Below, piece after piece: positions 42,642 to 53,951 of a stretch of DNA of 64,000 bases. The stretch is from Lachnospiraceae bacterium. GTDB lineage: Bacteria; Bacillota; Clostridia; Lachnospirales; Lachnospiraceae. Position 1 is the first letter of the stretch. Every line of letters starts with the position of its first letter. Position numbers and translations under genes: made by a program. Location of the stretch: contig JAAWBX010000011.1 of assembly GCA_022792885.1 (NCBI GenBank), forward strand, positions 1 to 64,000, in the 5' to 3' direction. The notes under the pieces are model-generated. The model was given only the letters and a program-made list of their open reading frames with translations, did no database searches and was not told the origin of the DNA.

Positions 42642-45038
42642 TCAGATTCGCCGGCCCCAGAAGCCTTTCAACTCCCCCGCCAGCCCGCGCCGGCCAACGA
42701 TCCGATAACCGTCCCACTCTCTGGGGAACAACGCCCGATTGTCCGCCTGAAGAAAACGTTCGTCCAGCAGCAGGATCACCCCCACATCCTCCGTGGTCCG
42801 GATCACCCGTCCCGCCGCCTGACAGATCCGGTTGAATCCCGGAAAACGATAAGCATAGTCAAAACCGGACAATCCCTTCCTATTAAAATATGCTTTCAAT
42901 ATCTCCCGCTCCGTACACACCTGCGGAATCCCGGTGCCCACCACGGCCGCCCCGATCAGGCTTTCGCCCTTTAAATCAATTCCTTCCGAAAACAAACCGC
43001 CCAGCACGCAGAGCCCGAGAAGGCTTCCCCCGACTCTTTCCCGAAACTCCCCTAAAAACGCTTCCCGTTCCTTCTCCCCCATGAACGGCGCCTGACGAAT
43101 CACCCGGACGGTTTCCGAAGCCAGAAGCGCCGTCAGGGGAATCTCCACCCGTTCCATGTATTGATAGGACGGAAAAAAGGCCATGTAATTCCCCGGACGG
43201 GCCAGGACCATCGCCGCGATCTCCTCCGCGATCCGTTCAAATTCTTCCTCGCTGCGCCTGGTATAGCGGCTGCTCACATCCCGGCTCACCGCCAAAAGCC
43301 GTTTCTCCGTCTCAAACGGCGACTCCGCGTACACCGCATAGTCCTCCGGTTCCCCGCCCAGCAATTCCTTATAGTAGGCGATCGGAAGCAATGTCGCCGA
43401 AAAAAACACCGTACTTAAAGCCTTATCCTGACACAATTTCAGATTTTTTGCCGGATGGACGCAGTACAAACGAATCATAAAACGCCCGTCTTTTTGATGT
43501 TCCCCGTAGATCTGATAGTCTTCCCCGGCCTGCTCGTGAATACTTAAAAAATCCCGGATTTTAAAATACAGGTCCCGGTAAGCCTCCCCCGGATCCAGCC
43601 CCGGATGCTCCGCGCGGAAATTCTCCATCTCGCCCAAAGCCTTCAAAACCGCCAGATACAAACTGTCCACTTCGGCGTACAACGTATACGAATCACATTC
43701 CCTTTTCCGCGCAAGCATCTGACGATTACAATTCTCCAGAGCTTTTTCCAGCTTCCGGCTGTAAGGCTTCACCAGTTTTTTTACCGCAAGAAAATCTTCT
43801 TTTACCAGGCTTGCGCTGTACATCTCCCGCGCCCGCTCCACAAGATTGTGCGCTTCGTCCACCAGAAAAAGATATTCCCCGCGGACGCCCTCCGAAAAAT
43901 AGCGTCTCAACGCCGCCCGGGGATCAAATACATAGTTATAATCGCACAAAATACCGTCCACCCAATCCGTCACATCCAGGCCCATTTCAAAAGGACAAAC
44001 CTGAAATTCTTCCGCCGTCCGGCGGATATCCTCCCCCGTGACGGCCTCCGTCCGCGTCAAAAGGGAGAATACCGCCTCGTTGACCCGGTCGTAATGACCC
44101 TTCGCATAAGGACAGGCTTCCGGATTGCAGTCCGGTTTTTCCAACGGGCAGATCTTCTCTTTCGCCGTGACGACCGAAGAGGTAAAACGTAAGCCCCGCC
44201 CGCGCAGAATCCGCAGCGCTTCCTCGGCGGCTTCCCTCGTCACATTCTTGGCCGTCAGATAAAACAACTTCTCACCGGTCCCCTCGCCCATGGCCTTGAC
44301 GGCCGGAAACAAAACCGACATCGTTTTGCCGATGCCCGTCGGCGCCTGGATGAAAAGTTTCCTCTGCCTCCGGATACTGCGGTATACCGACACCGCCAGC
44401 TCCCTCTGTCCCGGCCGGTAAGCGAAAGGAAATTCCAGCGGTTTCGTACTCTCCACCCGCAAAAGCCTGCGCTCAAACGTATAGCGGGCCCATTTTCCGT
44501 ATCGCGCAAGCAAGCGCGCCAGCCAGGCTCTCAACTCCTCCCGGCTCCAGATCTCCCGGAAACGCCGGATTTCCTCGCTCTCCATCTGGCAGTAAGTCAG
44601 CTGGACCCCCACCCGGTCAAGATCCCTCTCCTCCGCCAGCATGCAGGCGTAACAAAGAGCCTGGGCCTTGTGAACCGGTACGCTCTCCTCCAAATGCGAC
44701 AATTCCAGGCAGACCCCTTTGATTTCGTCGATCACGGTCATATCCTTCTCTTCGATCACACCGTCCGCGCGGCCTTCCAGAACCAGATAAAGCGGCGTCT
44801 CCGGCGCCATCTGCCCGGCTTCCAAATACTCGTTCAGGCAGTATTCCCGCTTAAACGCCACCTCGGCCCGATAGCCGGCGCCCATAACGCGCTGGATTTT
44901 CCGATGGAGCTTCGCGCCCAGCGCCATAAGTTCCCGGCCTCTTCCCGCCCCCATCCGATTGTCGATATCACCGCTCCGGAAGAGAAATTCCACCAGATTC
45001 CGCACGGAGATTCGTATTCGATTGCTCCCGTTTTCCAT
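42642..45038 (-). CDS. ATP-dependent DNA helicase, DinG/Rad3 family (DEAH box)
   Basis: Walker A PTGIGKT, DEAH motif LVDEAHNL, 798 aa. Confidence 0.8.
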   Translation of the reverse strand: MENGSNRIRISVRNLVEFLFRSGDIDNRMGAGRGRELMALGAKLHRKIQRVMGAGYRAEVAFKREYCLNEYLEAGQMAPETPLYLVLEGRADGVIEEKDMTVIDEIKGVCLELSHLEESVPVHKAQALCYACMLAEERDLDRVGVQLTYCQMESEEIRRFREIWSREELRAWLARLLARYGKWARYTFERRLLRVESTKPLEFPFAYRPGQRELAVSVYRSIRRQRKLFIQAPTGIGKTMSVLFPAVKAMGEGTGEKLFYLTAKNVTREAAEEALRILRGRGLRFTSSVVTAKEKICPLEKPDCNPEACPYAKGHYDRVNEAVFSLLTRTEAVTGEDIRRTAEEFQVCPFEMGLDVTDWVDGILCDYNYVFDPRAALRRYFSEGVRGEYLFLVDEAHNLVERAREMYSASLVKEDFLAVKKLVKPYSRKLEKALENCNRQMLARKRECDSYTLYAEVDSLYLAVLKALGEMENFRAEHPGLDPGEAYRDLYFKIRDFLSIHEQAGEDYQIYGEHQKDGRFMIRLYCVHPAKNLKLCQDKALSTVFFSATLLPIAYYKELLGGEPEDYAVYAESPFETEKRLLAVSRDVSSRYTRRSEEEFERIAEEIAAMVLARPGNYMAFFPSYQYMERVEIPLTALLASETVRVIRQAPFMGEKEREAFLGEFRERVGGSLLGLCVLGGLFSEGIDLKGESLIGAAVVGTGIPQVCTEREILKAYFNRKGLSGFDYAYRFPGFNRICQAAGRVIRTTEDVGVILLLDERFLQADNRALFPREWDGYRIVGRRGLAGELKGFWGRRI

Positions 45039-45060
45039 CGGCCCAAACCTCCTTTGGCTT

Positions 45061-45897
45061 TTACCGCTTCAGCGCCTCCGCGAACGCCCGGATGTCCGCA
45101 AAAACAAAATCCGGCTTCACCCGGCTTTCCCTGACATCCTCAAGCGAACTTTCCCCGCACAGCACGCAGACCGTGTCCACCCCGGCCCGCACTCCGGAAG
45201 CAATGTCCGTGTAAAGCCGGTCGCCGATCACCACGGTTTCTTCTTTCGCCGCGCCGGCGCGCGCGATCGCCGTCTCGATCATATCCGGCTCCGGCTTCCC
45301 GATATACTTCGGATACCGACGGACCGCAAAAGCCAGCATCTCACAGATCGCCGCGCAGTCCGGCACAAAACCGAACTCAATCGGACAGACCCGATCCGGA
45401 TTCGTCGCCAGATAGGGAAGCCCCTTTAATAGCAGCCGGGTGGCGTGAACGATTTTCTCATAAGTCAGCTCCGTATCATAGCCGACCAGAACGACCTCCG
45501 CTTCCTCCTCCATCCCCGCCGTCCGCACGCCGGCTTTCCCCAATTCTTCTACCAGAGATCGGGTTCCCACACAATACAGCTTTTTTCCGGGAAATTCCCG
45601 GTTCAAATACCGCGCCGCCGCCTGGGACGAGGTAAAAAAATTTTCGTCTTCCGTCTCCACCCCCATGCCGCTTAATTTCTCCCGGTAAGCCGAAACGGAA
45701 CGGGAAGAATTGTTCGTGATAAATACGATGCGGCCGCCTCTTTCACGAATGTCCGCAAGCATCTCCCTCACCCCGTCAAACAGCCGCACTCCCTCGTAGA
45801 TCGTACCGTCCATATCGAACAAAAACAGCGTTTTCTTTCTCAGCCGTCCGGCATCGGCTCCCATATAATCCTTTATCATGATACCCATTCCTTTCAC
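45061..45897 (-). CDS. HAD-IIA family hydrolase (NagD-like phosphatase)
   Basis: LFDMDGTIY motif I, HAD fold. Confidence 0.8.
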   Translation of the reverse strand: MKGMGIMIKDYMGADAGRLRKKTLFLFDMDGTIYEGVRLFDGVREMLADIRERGGRIVFITNNSSRSVSAYREKLSGMGVETEDENFFTSSQAAARYLNREFPGKKLYCVGTRSLVEELGKAGVRTAGMEEEAEVVLVGYDTELTYEKIVHATRLLLKGLPYLATNPDRVCPIEFGFVPDCAAICEMLAFAVRRYPKYIGKPEPDMIETAIARAGAAKEETVVIGDRLYTDIASGVRAGVDTVCVLCGESSLEDVRESRVKPDFVFADIRAFAEALKR

Positions 45898-45963
45898 ACT
45901 TAGGACAATAAAAAACGGAAAGCGCGCTTTCGCAGCACTTTCCGTCCGTCCTTCCTTCCTTTA

Positions 45964-46344
45964 TTACCGGCAGATTGCTACGGCTTCCATCTCCACCAGA
46001 CCGCCCTTCGGCAGCTTCGCTACCTGCACACAGGAGCGAGCCGGCTCTTCGGAAGTAAAATACTTCGCGTAAATCGCGTTTACCTTCGCGAAATCATTCA
46101 TATCCGCCAGGAAAACCACCGTTTTTACCACATCCGCCATCGTAGCGCCCGCCGCGGCCAGAACCGCCTCCAGGTTCTTCAGAGCCTGCTCGGCCTGAGC
46201 CTCCACGCCCTCGGGAAGTTCGCCGGTCTCGGGAATCAGACCCAACTGACCGGACGTCATAACGATATCGCCCATCTTAACCGCATGGGAATAAGGGCCT
46301 ACGGCCGCCGGCGCGTTCTCCGCCTGAATAATCTCTTTCTTCAT
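45964..46344 (-). CDS. ridA: RidA family protein (reactive intermediate/imine deaminase)
   Basis: YjgF/RidA family sequence, 126 aa. Confidence 0.85.
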   Translation of the reverse strand: MKKEIIQAENAPAAVGPYSHAVKMGDIVMTSGQLGLIPETGELPEGVEAQAEQALKNLEAVLAAAGATMADVVKTVVFLADMNDFAKVNAIYAKYFTSEEPARSCVQVAKLPKGGLVEMEAVAICR

Positions 46345-46430
46345 AAAACTATACCTCCGTTTTTATCATTCTATATCACGGGAAAACCGCTCTGCGGCTT
46401 CTCATGTTCCCGTCCACATGCCGGACCTTG

Positions 46431-46955
46431 TCAATGCGTAACCGGTTCCGGATACTCGACCCCGAACGTCTCCACCGTCACGGTCGCCATCTTCTGTTCT
46501 TCTACGGGCCGGTCGCCAAAACTCGTTTTTGCACTGGCAATATCCGCCACGACGTCCGCTCCCTCGATCACTTTGCCGAAAGCCGCATACTGCCCGTCCA
46601 AATGAGGGGAATTCCGATGCATAATAAAAAACTGTGACCCCGCCGAATTGGGATCCATCGCCCTCGCCATGGACAGCACGCCCGCCTCATGCTTCAGCGG
46701 ATTGTCAAACCCGTTCGACGCAAACTCGCCGTCGATCTGGTAACCCGGGCCGCCGGTCCCGGTGCCGAGAGGGCACCCGCCCTGTATCATAAATCCCCAG
46801 ATCACACGATGAAAGATCTTCCCGTCATAAAATCCCTTCTTGATCAGGCTGATAAAATTATTCACGGTATTCGGCGCCGTCTCGGGATACAACTCCGCTT
46901 TCATGACGCTGCCGTCCTCCATTGTAATCGTAACGATCGGATTCTTCTGTTCCAT
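46431..46955 (-). CDS. peptidyl-prolyl cis-trans isomerase, cyclophilin type
   Basis: FHRVIWGFMIQGGCPLGTGTGGPGY cyclophilin signature. Confidence 0.9.
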   Translation of the reverse strand: MEQKNPIVTITMEDGSVMKAELYPETAPNTVNNFISLIKKGFYDGKIFHRVIWGFMIQGGCPLGTGTGGPGYQIDGEFASNGFDNPLKHEAGVLSMARAMDPNSAGSQFFIMHRNSPHLDGQYAAFGKVIEGADVVADIASAKTSFGDRPVEEQKMATVTVETFGVEYPEPVTH

Positions 46956-47208
46956 CTCCCTGCCATTCGCTCCTTTTCATATTCCCGGGTACAATATCCC
47001 CCGCTTTTTCCCCTCCATTTTAGCAGAGCCTCCCCGATATGTCAAAACAAATCGCGGCAGTCAGCAATTTAATCCCTACCTCCTCGATTATTTATTGACT
47101 TAATCAGAAAAAGAGAATATAATATAATATTATATTCAGTTTCTTACGATGGAGCGGCCAAACCATTTATCAATCTGACTTCTTATATGAAAAGAGGAAT
47201 GAAAAACA

Positions 47209-47994
47209 ATGAAGCCAATAAAATTAACCCATTCACCAATTACATATTTCGTAAGCAGGACCGGGCAGGCCGAATGGATACTTTTTATCCACGCCGCTTT
47301 CGTCAATCACAATATGTTCAAAACACAGTTCGAGTATTTTGAGAATACATATAATATTCTGGCTATTGACATCATTGGTCACGGACAGTCAACCGACACG
47401 CAAAAAGGCGATACGATAGATAAAATGTCAAAATGGATATTCGACATCTTAAAAACCGAAAATATTGATAAAATACACCTTGTCGGCGTTTCATTGGGCG
47501 CGGTTTTAGCACAGGATTTCGCCAATCGTTATCCAGATGCGGTAAGCTCACTGGCGTGCTTTGGAGGATATGACATCAATCGTTTTGACGCAAAAATGCA
47601 AAAGGAAAATAATGCAAAGCAGAAACTGATGATGCTGAAAGCCCTCTTTTCGGTTACATGGTTTGCAAAAGCAAACAAGAAGATTTCCGCATATACTCCA
47701 CAGGCTCAAAATGAATTTTTTACTATGAATATACTTTTCCCCAAAAAATCGTTTATGTTTCTGGCAACGCTCAATCGTATGATAAACAGACATAAAACCG
47801 GACAACGGAATTATCCTTTGCTGATCGGATGCGGAAAATTTGATATCCCAATGGAATTAGAAGCAATAAAAGCATGGAAAAGCAATGAACCCGATTGTAC
47901 CGTAGTTCTTTTTGAAAATGCGGGACATTGTGTTAATATGGACGTGCCGCAGGAATTTAATAAAACAATGGAAGAATTCTGGAGAGGCGCCTGA
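47209..47994 (+). CDS. alpha/beta-fold hydrolase (low-GC gene)
   Basis: nucleophile elbow GVSLGA, HG oxyanion region; low GC relative to flanks. Confidence 0.7.
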   Translation: MKPIKLTHSPITYFVSRTGQAEWILFIHAAFVNHNMFKTQFEYFENTYNILAIDIIGHGQSTDTQKGDTIDKMSKWIFDILKTENIDKIHLVGVSLGAVLAQDFANRYPDAVSSLACFGGYDINRFDAKMQKENNAKQKLMMLKALFSVTWFAKANKKISAYTPQAQNEFFTMNILFPKKSFMFLATLNRMINRHKTGQRNYPLLIGCGKFDIPMELEAIKAWKSNEPDCTVVLFENAGHCVNMDVPQEFNKTMEEFWRGA

Positions 47995-48047
47995 CAAAGC
48001 CACACATGCCGCCTCCTGCCGCATATGATAAAAAAAAGGATTTTTTT

Positions 48048-48524
48048 ATGGCTAATCCAAATTTTATCCCTCTCACGGGAAGAATACAAAACGTCCGGCC
48101 TTTCCCGGATAACTGCTGCAGTCAGATGGTCACGCTCCGCACGGAGAACGGACCGGTACAGTTTGTCGTCACACCGGAAACTTTCGTGGCCGGCGGCCGT
48201 CCTCTGCGCCCCCGTATGCTCGCCACATTTTTCTATGACAGCACCCTTCCGGTGCCCCTGATCCAGCCGCCCCAGTATACGGCGATCGCCGCGGCGCCGC
48301 TCTTGCCCGGCCAGACGGCCGCTCTTGCCTTTTTCAACGAGGAGCTTGTGGCCGAAGACCAATCCCTGCAGTTGAATCCCGGTCGGGGAACCGCCGTTTT
48401 CACTGCCAACGGTCAGCGCTACGCCTGCCACCCCGGGAACAATCTTCTGCTCGTCTACTATCAGACGACGACCCGGAGCCTTCCGCCGCAGACGACGCCG
48501 GACAAAATCTTTGTCCTCTGTTGA
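48048..48524 (+). CDS. hypothetical protein
   Basis: ORF with start MANPNF; no recognisable domain. Confidence 0.35.
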   Translation: MANPNFIPLTGRIQNVRPFPDNCCSQMVTLRTENGPVQFVVTPETFVAGGRPLRPRMLATFFYDSTLPVPLIQPPQYTAIAAAPLLPGQTAALAFFNEELVAEDQSLQLNPGRGTAVFTANGQRYACHPGNNLLLVYYQTTTRSLPPQTTPDKIFVLC

Positions 48525-48770
48525 GAACTTTTTATCGCGCAGACAACGGGAGTTCCGGACTTTTGCAGCCGGAACCCCCGTTCATTTTTTGTTCAATTTT
48601 TTTTTAATAAACCTTAACAAGTTACACATTTTCTCTTCATGAATGGTTCCTATACTAAAAACATGAACAAAACAACATCATCATTTTGTTTCATACCTTT
48701 TTCATATTTTTTCATTATTATAGGCCGGAAGCGGCTTATAATTCTCCTCCCTTTTTATACTTATATTGTG

Positions 48771-48804
48771 AAAAGGACCGCCTATCGCCAGGGCGGTCCT
48801 TTTC
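48771..48804 (-). terminator. intrinsic terminator downstream of glnN
   Basis: AAAAGGACCGCCCT-ATCGCC-AGGGCGGTCCTTTT. Confidence 0.6.
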
Positions 48805-48830
48805 ACGATTTTCATCCGGAAAAGACTTAT

Positions 48831-50948
48831 TTAAATTTCAAACATCAGATCCCCATAGGAAGGCATCGGCCACATCTCTTTCTCCACGATCATCTCCAGC
48901 TCATCCACCGGCTTTCGCAACGCGTCCATGGCCGGAACCACTTTCTCCCGGTAAATTCTGGCCGTCGCCTCCGTACCTTCCGCCGCCGCCGCTTCTCCCG
49001 TCACCTCTTTCAGGAGGGCCAGCGCGCACTTCGTCTCGGAAAGCAGGTCCGAGCATTCCAGAAGAAGCTCTTTCTGCACACTGACATCCGCCTCCTCGCA
49101 GGCGTCCAGTACGCAGTTCATGGAAGACGCCACCTCGCCGACATAAGCGATCACCGCCGGAATGATGCTCTTGCCCGCCATGTCGATCATGGTCCTCGCC
49201 TCAATGTTAATGGATTTGGCATAAATCTCGTACAAAATCTCCACTCTGGACTCTAATTCCGTCCGGCTGTACACGCCGAAACTCTCAAACAAGGCCACGG
49301 ATTTTTCGGAAGACAAGACGGGAATCGCGTCCACCATACAGCCGATGTTCGGCAGTCCCCGGCGCGCCGCTTCTTCCACCCATTCCCCGGAATAACCGTT
49401 GCCGTTGAATACGATCCTCTGGTGCTCCGTCAGGTATTTCTTGATCAGGTCGTGCACGGCCAGGTCAAAATCCGCCGCCGTTTCCAGGATATCCGCCGCT
49501 TCCTTAAAAGCTTCCGCCACGATCGTATTCAAAATAATGTTGATCGTCGCCACCGTATCGGAAGAACCCACCATACGAAACTCGAATTTATTGCCGGTAA
49601 ACGCGAACGGCGACGTCCGATTGCGATCCGTCGCATCCTTCGTAAACACGGGCAGGGAATGCGCGCCCGTCTTCAGCTTCTCCCCCTGAATGCTCCTCGT
49701 CGCCTCGCCGGTATTGATCAGCTGGTACATCACGTCCGCCAGTTGGTCGCCCAGAAACACGGAAACAATGGCCGGCGGCGCCTCGTTGGCTCCCAACCTG
49801 TGATCGTTCCCCACATTCGAGGCCGCGAAACGCATCAGGTCCGCATGTTCATCCACCGCTTTTAAGATGCAGGCCAGCACCAGCAGAAACTGGATATTGG
49901 CGTGAGGCGTATTGCCCGGCTCCAGAAGATTGACGCCGTTATCCGTCGTCAAGGACCAGTTATTGTGCTTGCCGGAACCGTTCACCCCGGCAAACGGCTT
50001 CTCATGCATCAGACAGGCCAGCCCCTGCTCCGTGGCCACGCGCTTCATGGTCTCCATCACAAGCTGGTTGTGATCGCACGCCACGTTAGCCTCGCTGTAA
50101 ATGGTCGCCATCTCATGCTGGGCCGGCGCCACCTCGTTATGCTCGGTCTTCGCCGTAACCCCCATTTTCCAGAGTTCCTGATTCACGGCCTTCATAAAAC
50201 GGCCCACTCTGGCCGGAATGCTGCCGAAATAATGATCGTCCATCTCCTGACCCTTCGGCGGCATGGCGCCGAACAGCGTACGCCCCGTATAGATCAGATC
50301 TTTCCTCTGAAGATATTTCTCACGGTCTACGATAAAATACTCCTGCTCCGGTCCCACCGAAGGCGTCACCTTCTTCGCGCCCGTATTGCCAAACAGATGC
50401 ACGATACGCAGCGCCTGTTCGTCAATAGCTTCCATGGAACGCAGAAGCGGCGTCTTCGCGTCCAGCGCCTCCCCGGTATACGAACAAAAAGCAGTCGGAA
50501 TGCAGAGGATCTTGCCCGTCGCGTCTTCCTTGATAAAAGCCGGCGACGTCATATCCCACGCGGTATAGCCCCTCGCCTCAAACGTGGCGCGCAGGCCGCC
50601 CGACGGAAAAGACGACGCGTCCGGCTCTCCCTTGATCAGTTCCCGGCCGGAAAATTCCATGATCATCCTGCCGTCTTCCTTCGGTGATGAAATAAACGAA
50701 TCGTGCTTCTCGGCCGCAATCCCGCTCAAAGGACGAAACCAGTGCGTATAATGCGTAGCGCCCTTCTCGATCGCCCAGTCTTTCATCTCATTTGCCACCA
50801 CTTCCGCCGTCGCAAAGGACAGTTCCGTGCCTTCTACGATCGCTTTCCTTACCTCCGCATATACTTTCTTCGGCAGACGTTCGCGCATCACGGTGTCGCT
50901 GAATACGTTGGTACCGAAAATCTCGGTAATCCTTACCGCATCGCTCAT
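48831..50948 (-). CDS. glnN: glutamine synthetase type III
   Basis: 705 aa GSIII-type sequence. Confidence 0.9.
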   Translation of the reverse strand: MSDAVRITEIFGTNVFSDTVMRERLPKKVYAEVRKAIVEGTELSFATAEVVANEMKDWAIEKGATHYTHWFRPLSGIAAEKHDSFISSPKEDGRMIMEFSGRELIKGEPDASSFPSGGLRATFEARGYTAWDMTSPAFIKEDATGKILCIPTAFCSYTGEALDAKTPLLRSMEAIDEQALRIVHLFGNTGAKKVTPSVGPEQEYFIVDREKYLQRKDLIYTGRTLFGAMPPKGQEMDDHYFGSIPARVGRFMKAVNQELWKMGVTAKTEHNEVAPAQHEMATIYSEANVACDHNQLVMETMKRVATEQGLACLMHEKPFAGVNGSGKHNNWSLTTDNGVNLLEPGNTPHANIQFLLVLACILKAVDEHADLMRFAASNVGNDHRLGANEAPPAIVSVFLGDQLADVMYQLINTGEATRSIQGEKLKTGAHSLPVFTKDATDRNRTSPFAFTGNKFEFRMVGSSDTVATINIILNTIVAEAFKEAADILETAADFDLAVHDLIKKYLTEHQRIVFNGNGYSGEWVEEAARRGLPNIGCMVDAIPVLSSEKSVALFESFGVYSRTELESRVEILYEIYAKSINIEARTMIDMAGKSIIPAVIAYVGEVASSMNCVLDACEEADVSVQKELLLECSDLLSETKCALALLKEVTGEAAAAEGTEATARIYREKVVPAMDALRKPVDELEMIVEKEMWPMPSYGDLMFEI

Positions 50949-51323
50949 TGTTGCATCCTCCCGCTTTTATAGATTTTTCATTTTTCTAAAATAGCAGAGA
51001 TTCACGGGAAATGCAAGTGGGCGGCGGCTACATTTCGTATTTATTATAGTACATCGCCGGGAAACAGCAAAAAATCCGATTTTTCCCGCTTGTCTTTCTT
51101 CTATCTCGCAATTTTTTTCACATACTCCGATTTTTCCGTATTTTGTCACACGCTTCTTCGCCGCTTTGTGCTTTTCCGAAAAATCACAGGAAAATTTTGT
51201 CTTTCTGTTTCAAAAAAAACCGGGTTATGCTATACTCATATCATACACAGCAGACCGGCGCGCCATCCAAAAACAGACAACACCGGCTGCCGCTCGTAAA
51301 TATTTATAAAGGAGAACAGACCA

Positions 51324-52265
51324 ATGCCTTTAGTAAACTCAAAAGAAATGTTTGAAAGAGCGTATAAGGAGGGCTACGCCATCGGCGCTTTCAATGTAAA
51401 CGATATGGAGATCGTTCAGGGGATCACCGAAGCCGCCAAGGCGGAGAACTCGCCGGTTATCCTTCAGGTTTCCGCCGGCGCACGTAAGTACGCCAAGCAC
51501 GCCTATCTGGTCAAGCTCGTGGAAGCGGCCCTGGAAGACACGGATCTGCCGATCTGCCTGCACTTAGACCACGGCGACAGTTTCGAACTGTGCAAGGACT
51601 GCATCGACGGCGGTTTCACGTCCGTCATGATCGACGGCTCCAAACTGAGTTTTGAAGAGAACGTCGCTCTGACCAAAAAGGTCTGCGATTACGCGCATTC
51701 GCATGTACCGTACGTAACGGTAGAAGGCGAGCTGGGCAAGCTGGCCGGGATTGAGGACGCAGTCAATGTTTCCGACGAGGACGCTCAGTTTACCGACCCG
51801 AACGAAGTGGAAGAATTTGTCAAGAGGACCGGCGTGGACTCCCTGGCAATCGCTATCGGCACCTCCCACGGCGCCTACAAGTTCAAACCCGGCCAGAAGC
51901 CGCGCCTGCGTTTCGACATTCTGGAAGAAGTCTCCAAAAGACTCCCCAATTTCCCGATCGTTCTCCACGGCGCTTCCTCCGTTATGCAGGAATACGTTAA
52001 GATCGTAAACGAGAACGGCGGCCGGATGCCCGACGCGATCGGCATTCCGGAAGAGATGCTCCGTCAGGCGGCCACCATGGCGGTATGCAAGATCAACATC
52101 GATTCCGATCTCCGTCTCGCCATGACCGCGAGCATCCGCAAGCACATGAACGAGCATCCGGATCATTTTGATCCCCGTCAGTACCTGGGCGACGCGAGAG
52201 CCGCCATTCGCGAAGTGGTGCAGCACAAGATCCACGAAGTGCTGGGCAGCTCCGGCAAAGCCTGA
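51324..52265 (+). CDS. fba: fructose-bisphosphate aldolase, class II
   Basis: MPLVNSKEMFERAYKEGYAIGAFNVNDMEIVQGI... Confidence 0.95.
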   Translation: MPLVNSKEMFERAYKEGYAIGAFNVNDMEIVQGITEAAKAENSPVILQVSAGARKYAKHAYLVKLVEAALEDTDLPICLHLDHGDSFELCKDCIDGGFTSVMIDGSKLSFEENVALTKKVCDYAHSHVPYVTVEGELGKLAGIEDAVNVSDEDAQFTDPNEVEEFVKRTGVDSLAIAIGTSHGAYKFKPGQKPRLRFDILEEVSKRLPNFPIVLHGASSVMQEYVKIVNENGGRMPDAIGIPEEMLRQAATMAVCKINIDSDLRLAMTASIRKHMNEHPDHFDPRQYLGDARAAIREVVQHKIHEVLGSSGKA

Positions 52266-52391
52266 GAATAACCGACCGGCCCGGCCCCGCGCCGGGACAA
52301 AAAACATCATGCCGCCCGGAAGACGTCCCTTTCGGACGGCATTTCATATAACGAAAAAACACCGAATATTCACTACAGGAGGGAATCGCAC

Positions 52392-52985
52392 ATGAAAGTA
52401 TTGATGATAAACGGCAGTCCCCGCGCAAACGGCAATACATCCGCCGCCTTAAAGGAGATGGTTTCCGTTTTTGCCGCCGAAGGCGTTGAGACGGAGATCC
52501 TGCAGGTCGGGAATCGGAACGTGCGGGGCTGTACTGCCTGCGGAAGCTGCGCCGGCACGGGAGCCTGCGTGTTTGACGACATCGTAAACGAAGCCGCTCC
52601 GAAATTCGAAGCCTGTGACGGACTGATTCTCGCGTCGCCGGTCTATTACGCGTCCGCCAACGGAACTCTGATCTCGTTCCTCGACCGGTTATTTTTCAGC
52701 ACGCATTTTGACAAGACTATGAAAGTCGGCGCCAGCGTAGTCGCGGCAAGACGCGGCGGATTGTCGGCCACCTTCGACGAACTGAACAAATATTTCACAA
52801 TCTGCGGAATGCCGGTGGCCTCCAGCCAATACTGGAACAGCGTCCACGGCCGAAAAGAAGGCGAGGCCGTACAGGACGCGGAAGGTATGCAGACCATGCG
52901 CACCCTGGCCAGAAATATGTCTTTCCTTATGAAGAGCATTGCGCTCGGAAAAGAAGCCTACGGCCTGCCAAAAAAAGAGGCCTAA
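52392..52985 (+). CDS. flavodoxin-like NAD(P)H-dependent FMN reductase / iron-sulfur flavoprotein
   Basis: MKVLMINGSPRANGNTSAAL... Confidence 0.75.
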   Translation: MKVLMINGSPRANGNTSAALKEMVSVFAAEGVETEILQVGNRNVRGCTACGSCAGTGACVFDDIVNEAAPKFEACDGLILASPVYYASANGTLISFLDRLFFSTHFDKTMKVGASVVAARRGGLSATFDELNKYFTICGMPVASSQYWNSVHGRKEGEAVQDAEGMQTMRTLARNMSFLMKSIALGKEAYGLPKKEA

Positions 52986-53002
52986 TTGAAGGCACGTACC
53001 GT

Positions 53003-53268
53003 CGCTTGACAAGGACACACACGGTCGAAAAAGGATAAAATTCAGCCCCTGTTGCGTTACTTTCACTTCGCGTACGTCCAGTACGCGTCGCTCAAGCGCC
53101 TGGCAGGGACTGAATTTTATTCCTTTTCGACTCTCCGACCATGACCGATGCCGATGGCCCGATCTTCCAGGCAGATGAGTGAGGCGTACTGGACGTACGC
53201 CGATCGAAGATAACGCAGAAGATCGGACCATCGGCATCGGTTCAGGGCGTGTGTGCTCTTGTCAAGTG
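53003..53268. repeat. ~265-bp nested inverted-repeat element (two adjacent long hairpins enclosed by an outer stem; apical hairpins mutually complementary)
   Basis: Outer arms 53005-53024/53248-53266; hairpin 1 arms 53022-53050/53105-53132 with tip GCGTAC-GTCCA-GTACGC; hairpin 2 arms 53140-53165/53218-53242 with tip GCGTAC-TGGAC-GTACGC. Confidence 0.7.
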
Positions 53269-53378
53269 ACGGTACCCTGAATACATAAAACAAAAGACAG
53301 CGCAGGCTGAAGCCCTGCGCTGTCTTTCTCCGGCAGGATCCGACGATCCGCCTACCACAGACGTTCCGAAAAATCCCG

Positions 53379-53912
53379 TCAATAGTTCTCCGCGTGAACC
53401 TCAAAATAACTTTGAGGATGCGCGCAGACCGGACAAACCCCGGGAGCCTCCGTCCCGACCGTAATATGTCCGCAGTTGCGGCATTCCCACACTTTTGCGT
53501 CGCTTTTTCTGAACACGGCGGCAGTCTCCACATTCTTCAACAGCGCGCGATAACGCTCCTCATGATGCTTCTCAATCTCTCCCACCCGACGGAATTTGGC
53601 GGCGAGCTGCGGAAAACCTTCTTCCTCGGCCGTTTTCGCAAAGCCTTCATACATATCCGTCCACTCAAAATTTTCACCGTCCGCAGCGGCGCCCAGGTTG
53701 GCCGCCGTATCTCCAATGCCGTTCAGCTCCTTGAACCACATCTTCGCGTGTTCCTTCTCGTTATCGGCGGTCTTCAGAAACAACGCCGCAATCTGCTCAA
53801 AGCCTTCCTTCTTCGCGGCGGAAGCAAAATAGGTATATTTGTTCCTCGCCTGGGATTCCCCGGCAAAAGCGGCTTCCAGATTCTTCTCGGTTTGCGTACC
53901 AGCGTATTTCAT
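53379..53912 (-). CDS. rbr: rubrerythrin
   Basis: ferritin-like diiron domain + C-terminal rubredoxin-like CRNCGH...CPVC. Confidence 0.9.
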   Translation of the reverse strand: MKYAGTQTEKNLEAAFAGESQARNKYTYFASAAKKEGFEQIAALFLKTADNEKEHAKMWFKELNGIGDTAANLGAAADGENFEWTDMYEGFAKTAEEEGFPQLAAKFRRVGEIEKHHEERYRALLKNVETAAVFRKSDAKVWECRNCGHITVGTEAPGVCPVCAHPQSYFEVHAENY

Positions 53913-53951
53913 CGTTTCTTCCTCCCTGTTTTTATTAAAATTTTTACAAAA

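Noticed and set aside
50949-51323. possible riboswitch in the long glnN/fba intergenic region
   Set aside because: Long AT-rich leader but no recognisable conserved riboswitch motif by eye. Left uncalled.
52266-52391. possible terminator hairpins after fba
   Set aside because: GC-rich palindromic stretches are present but without a convincing U-tract. They were not called as features.
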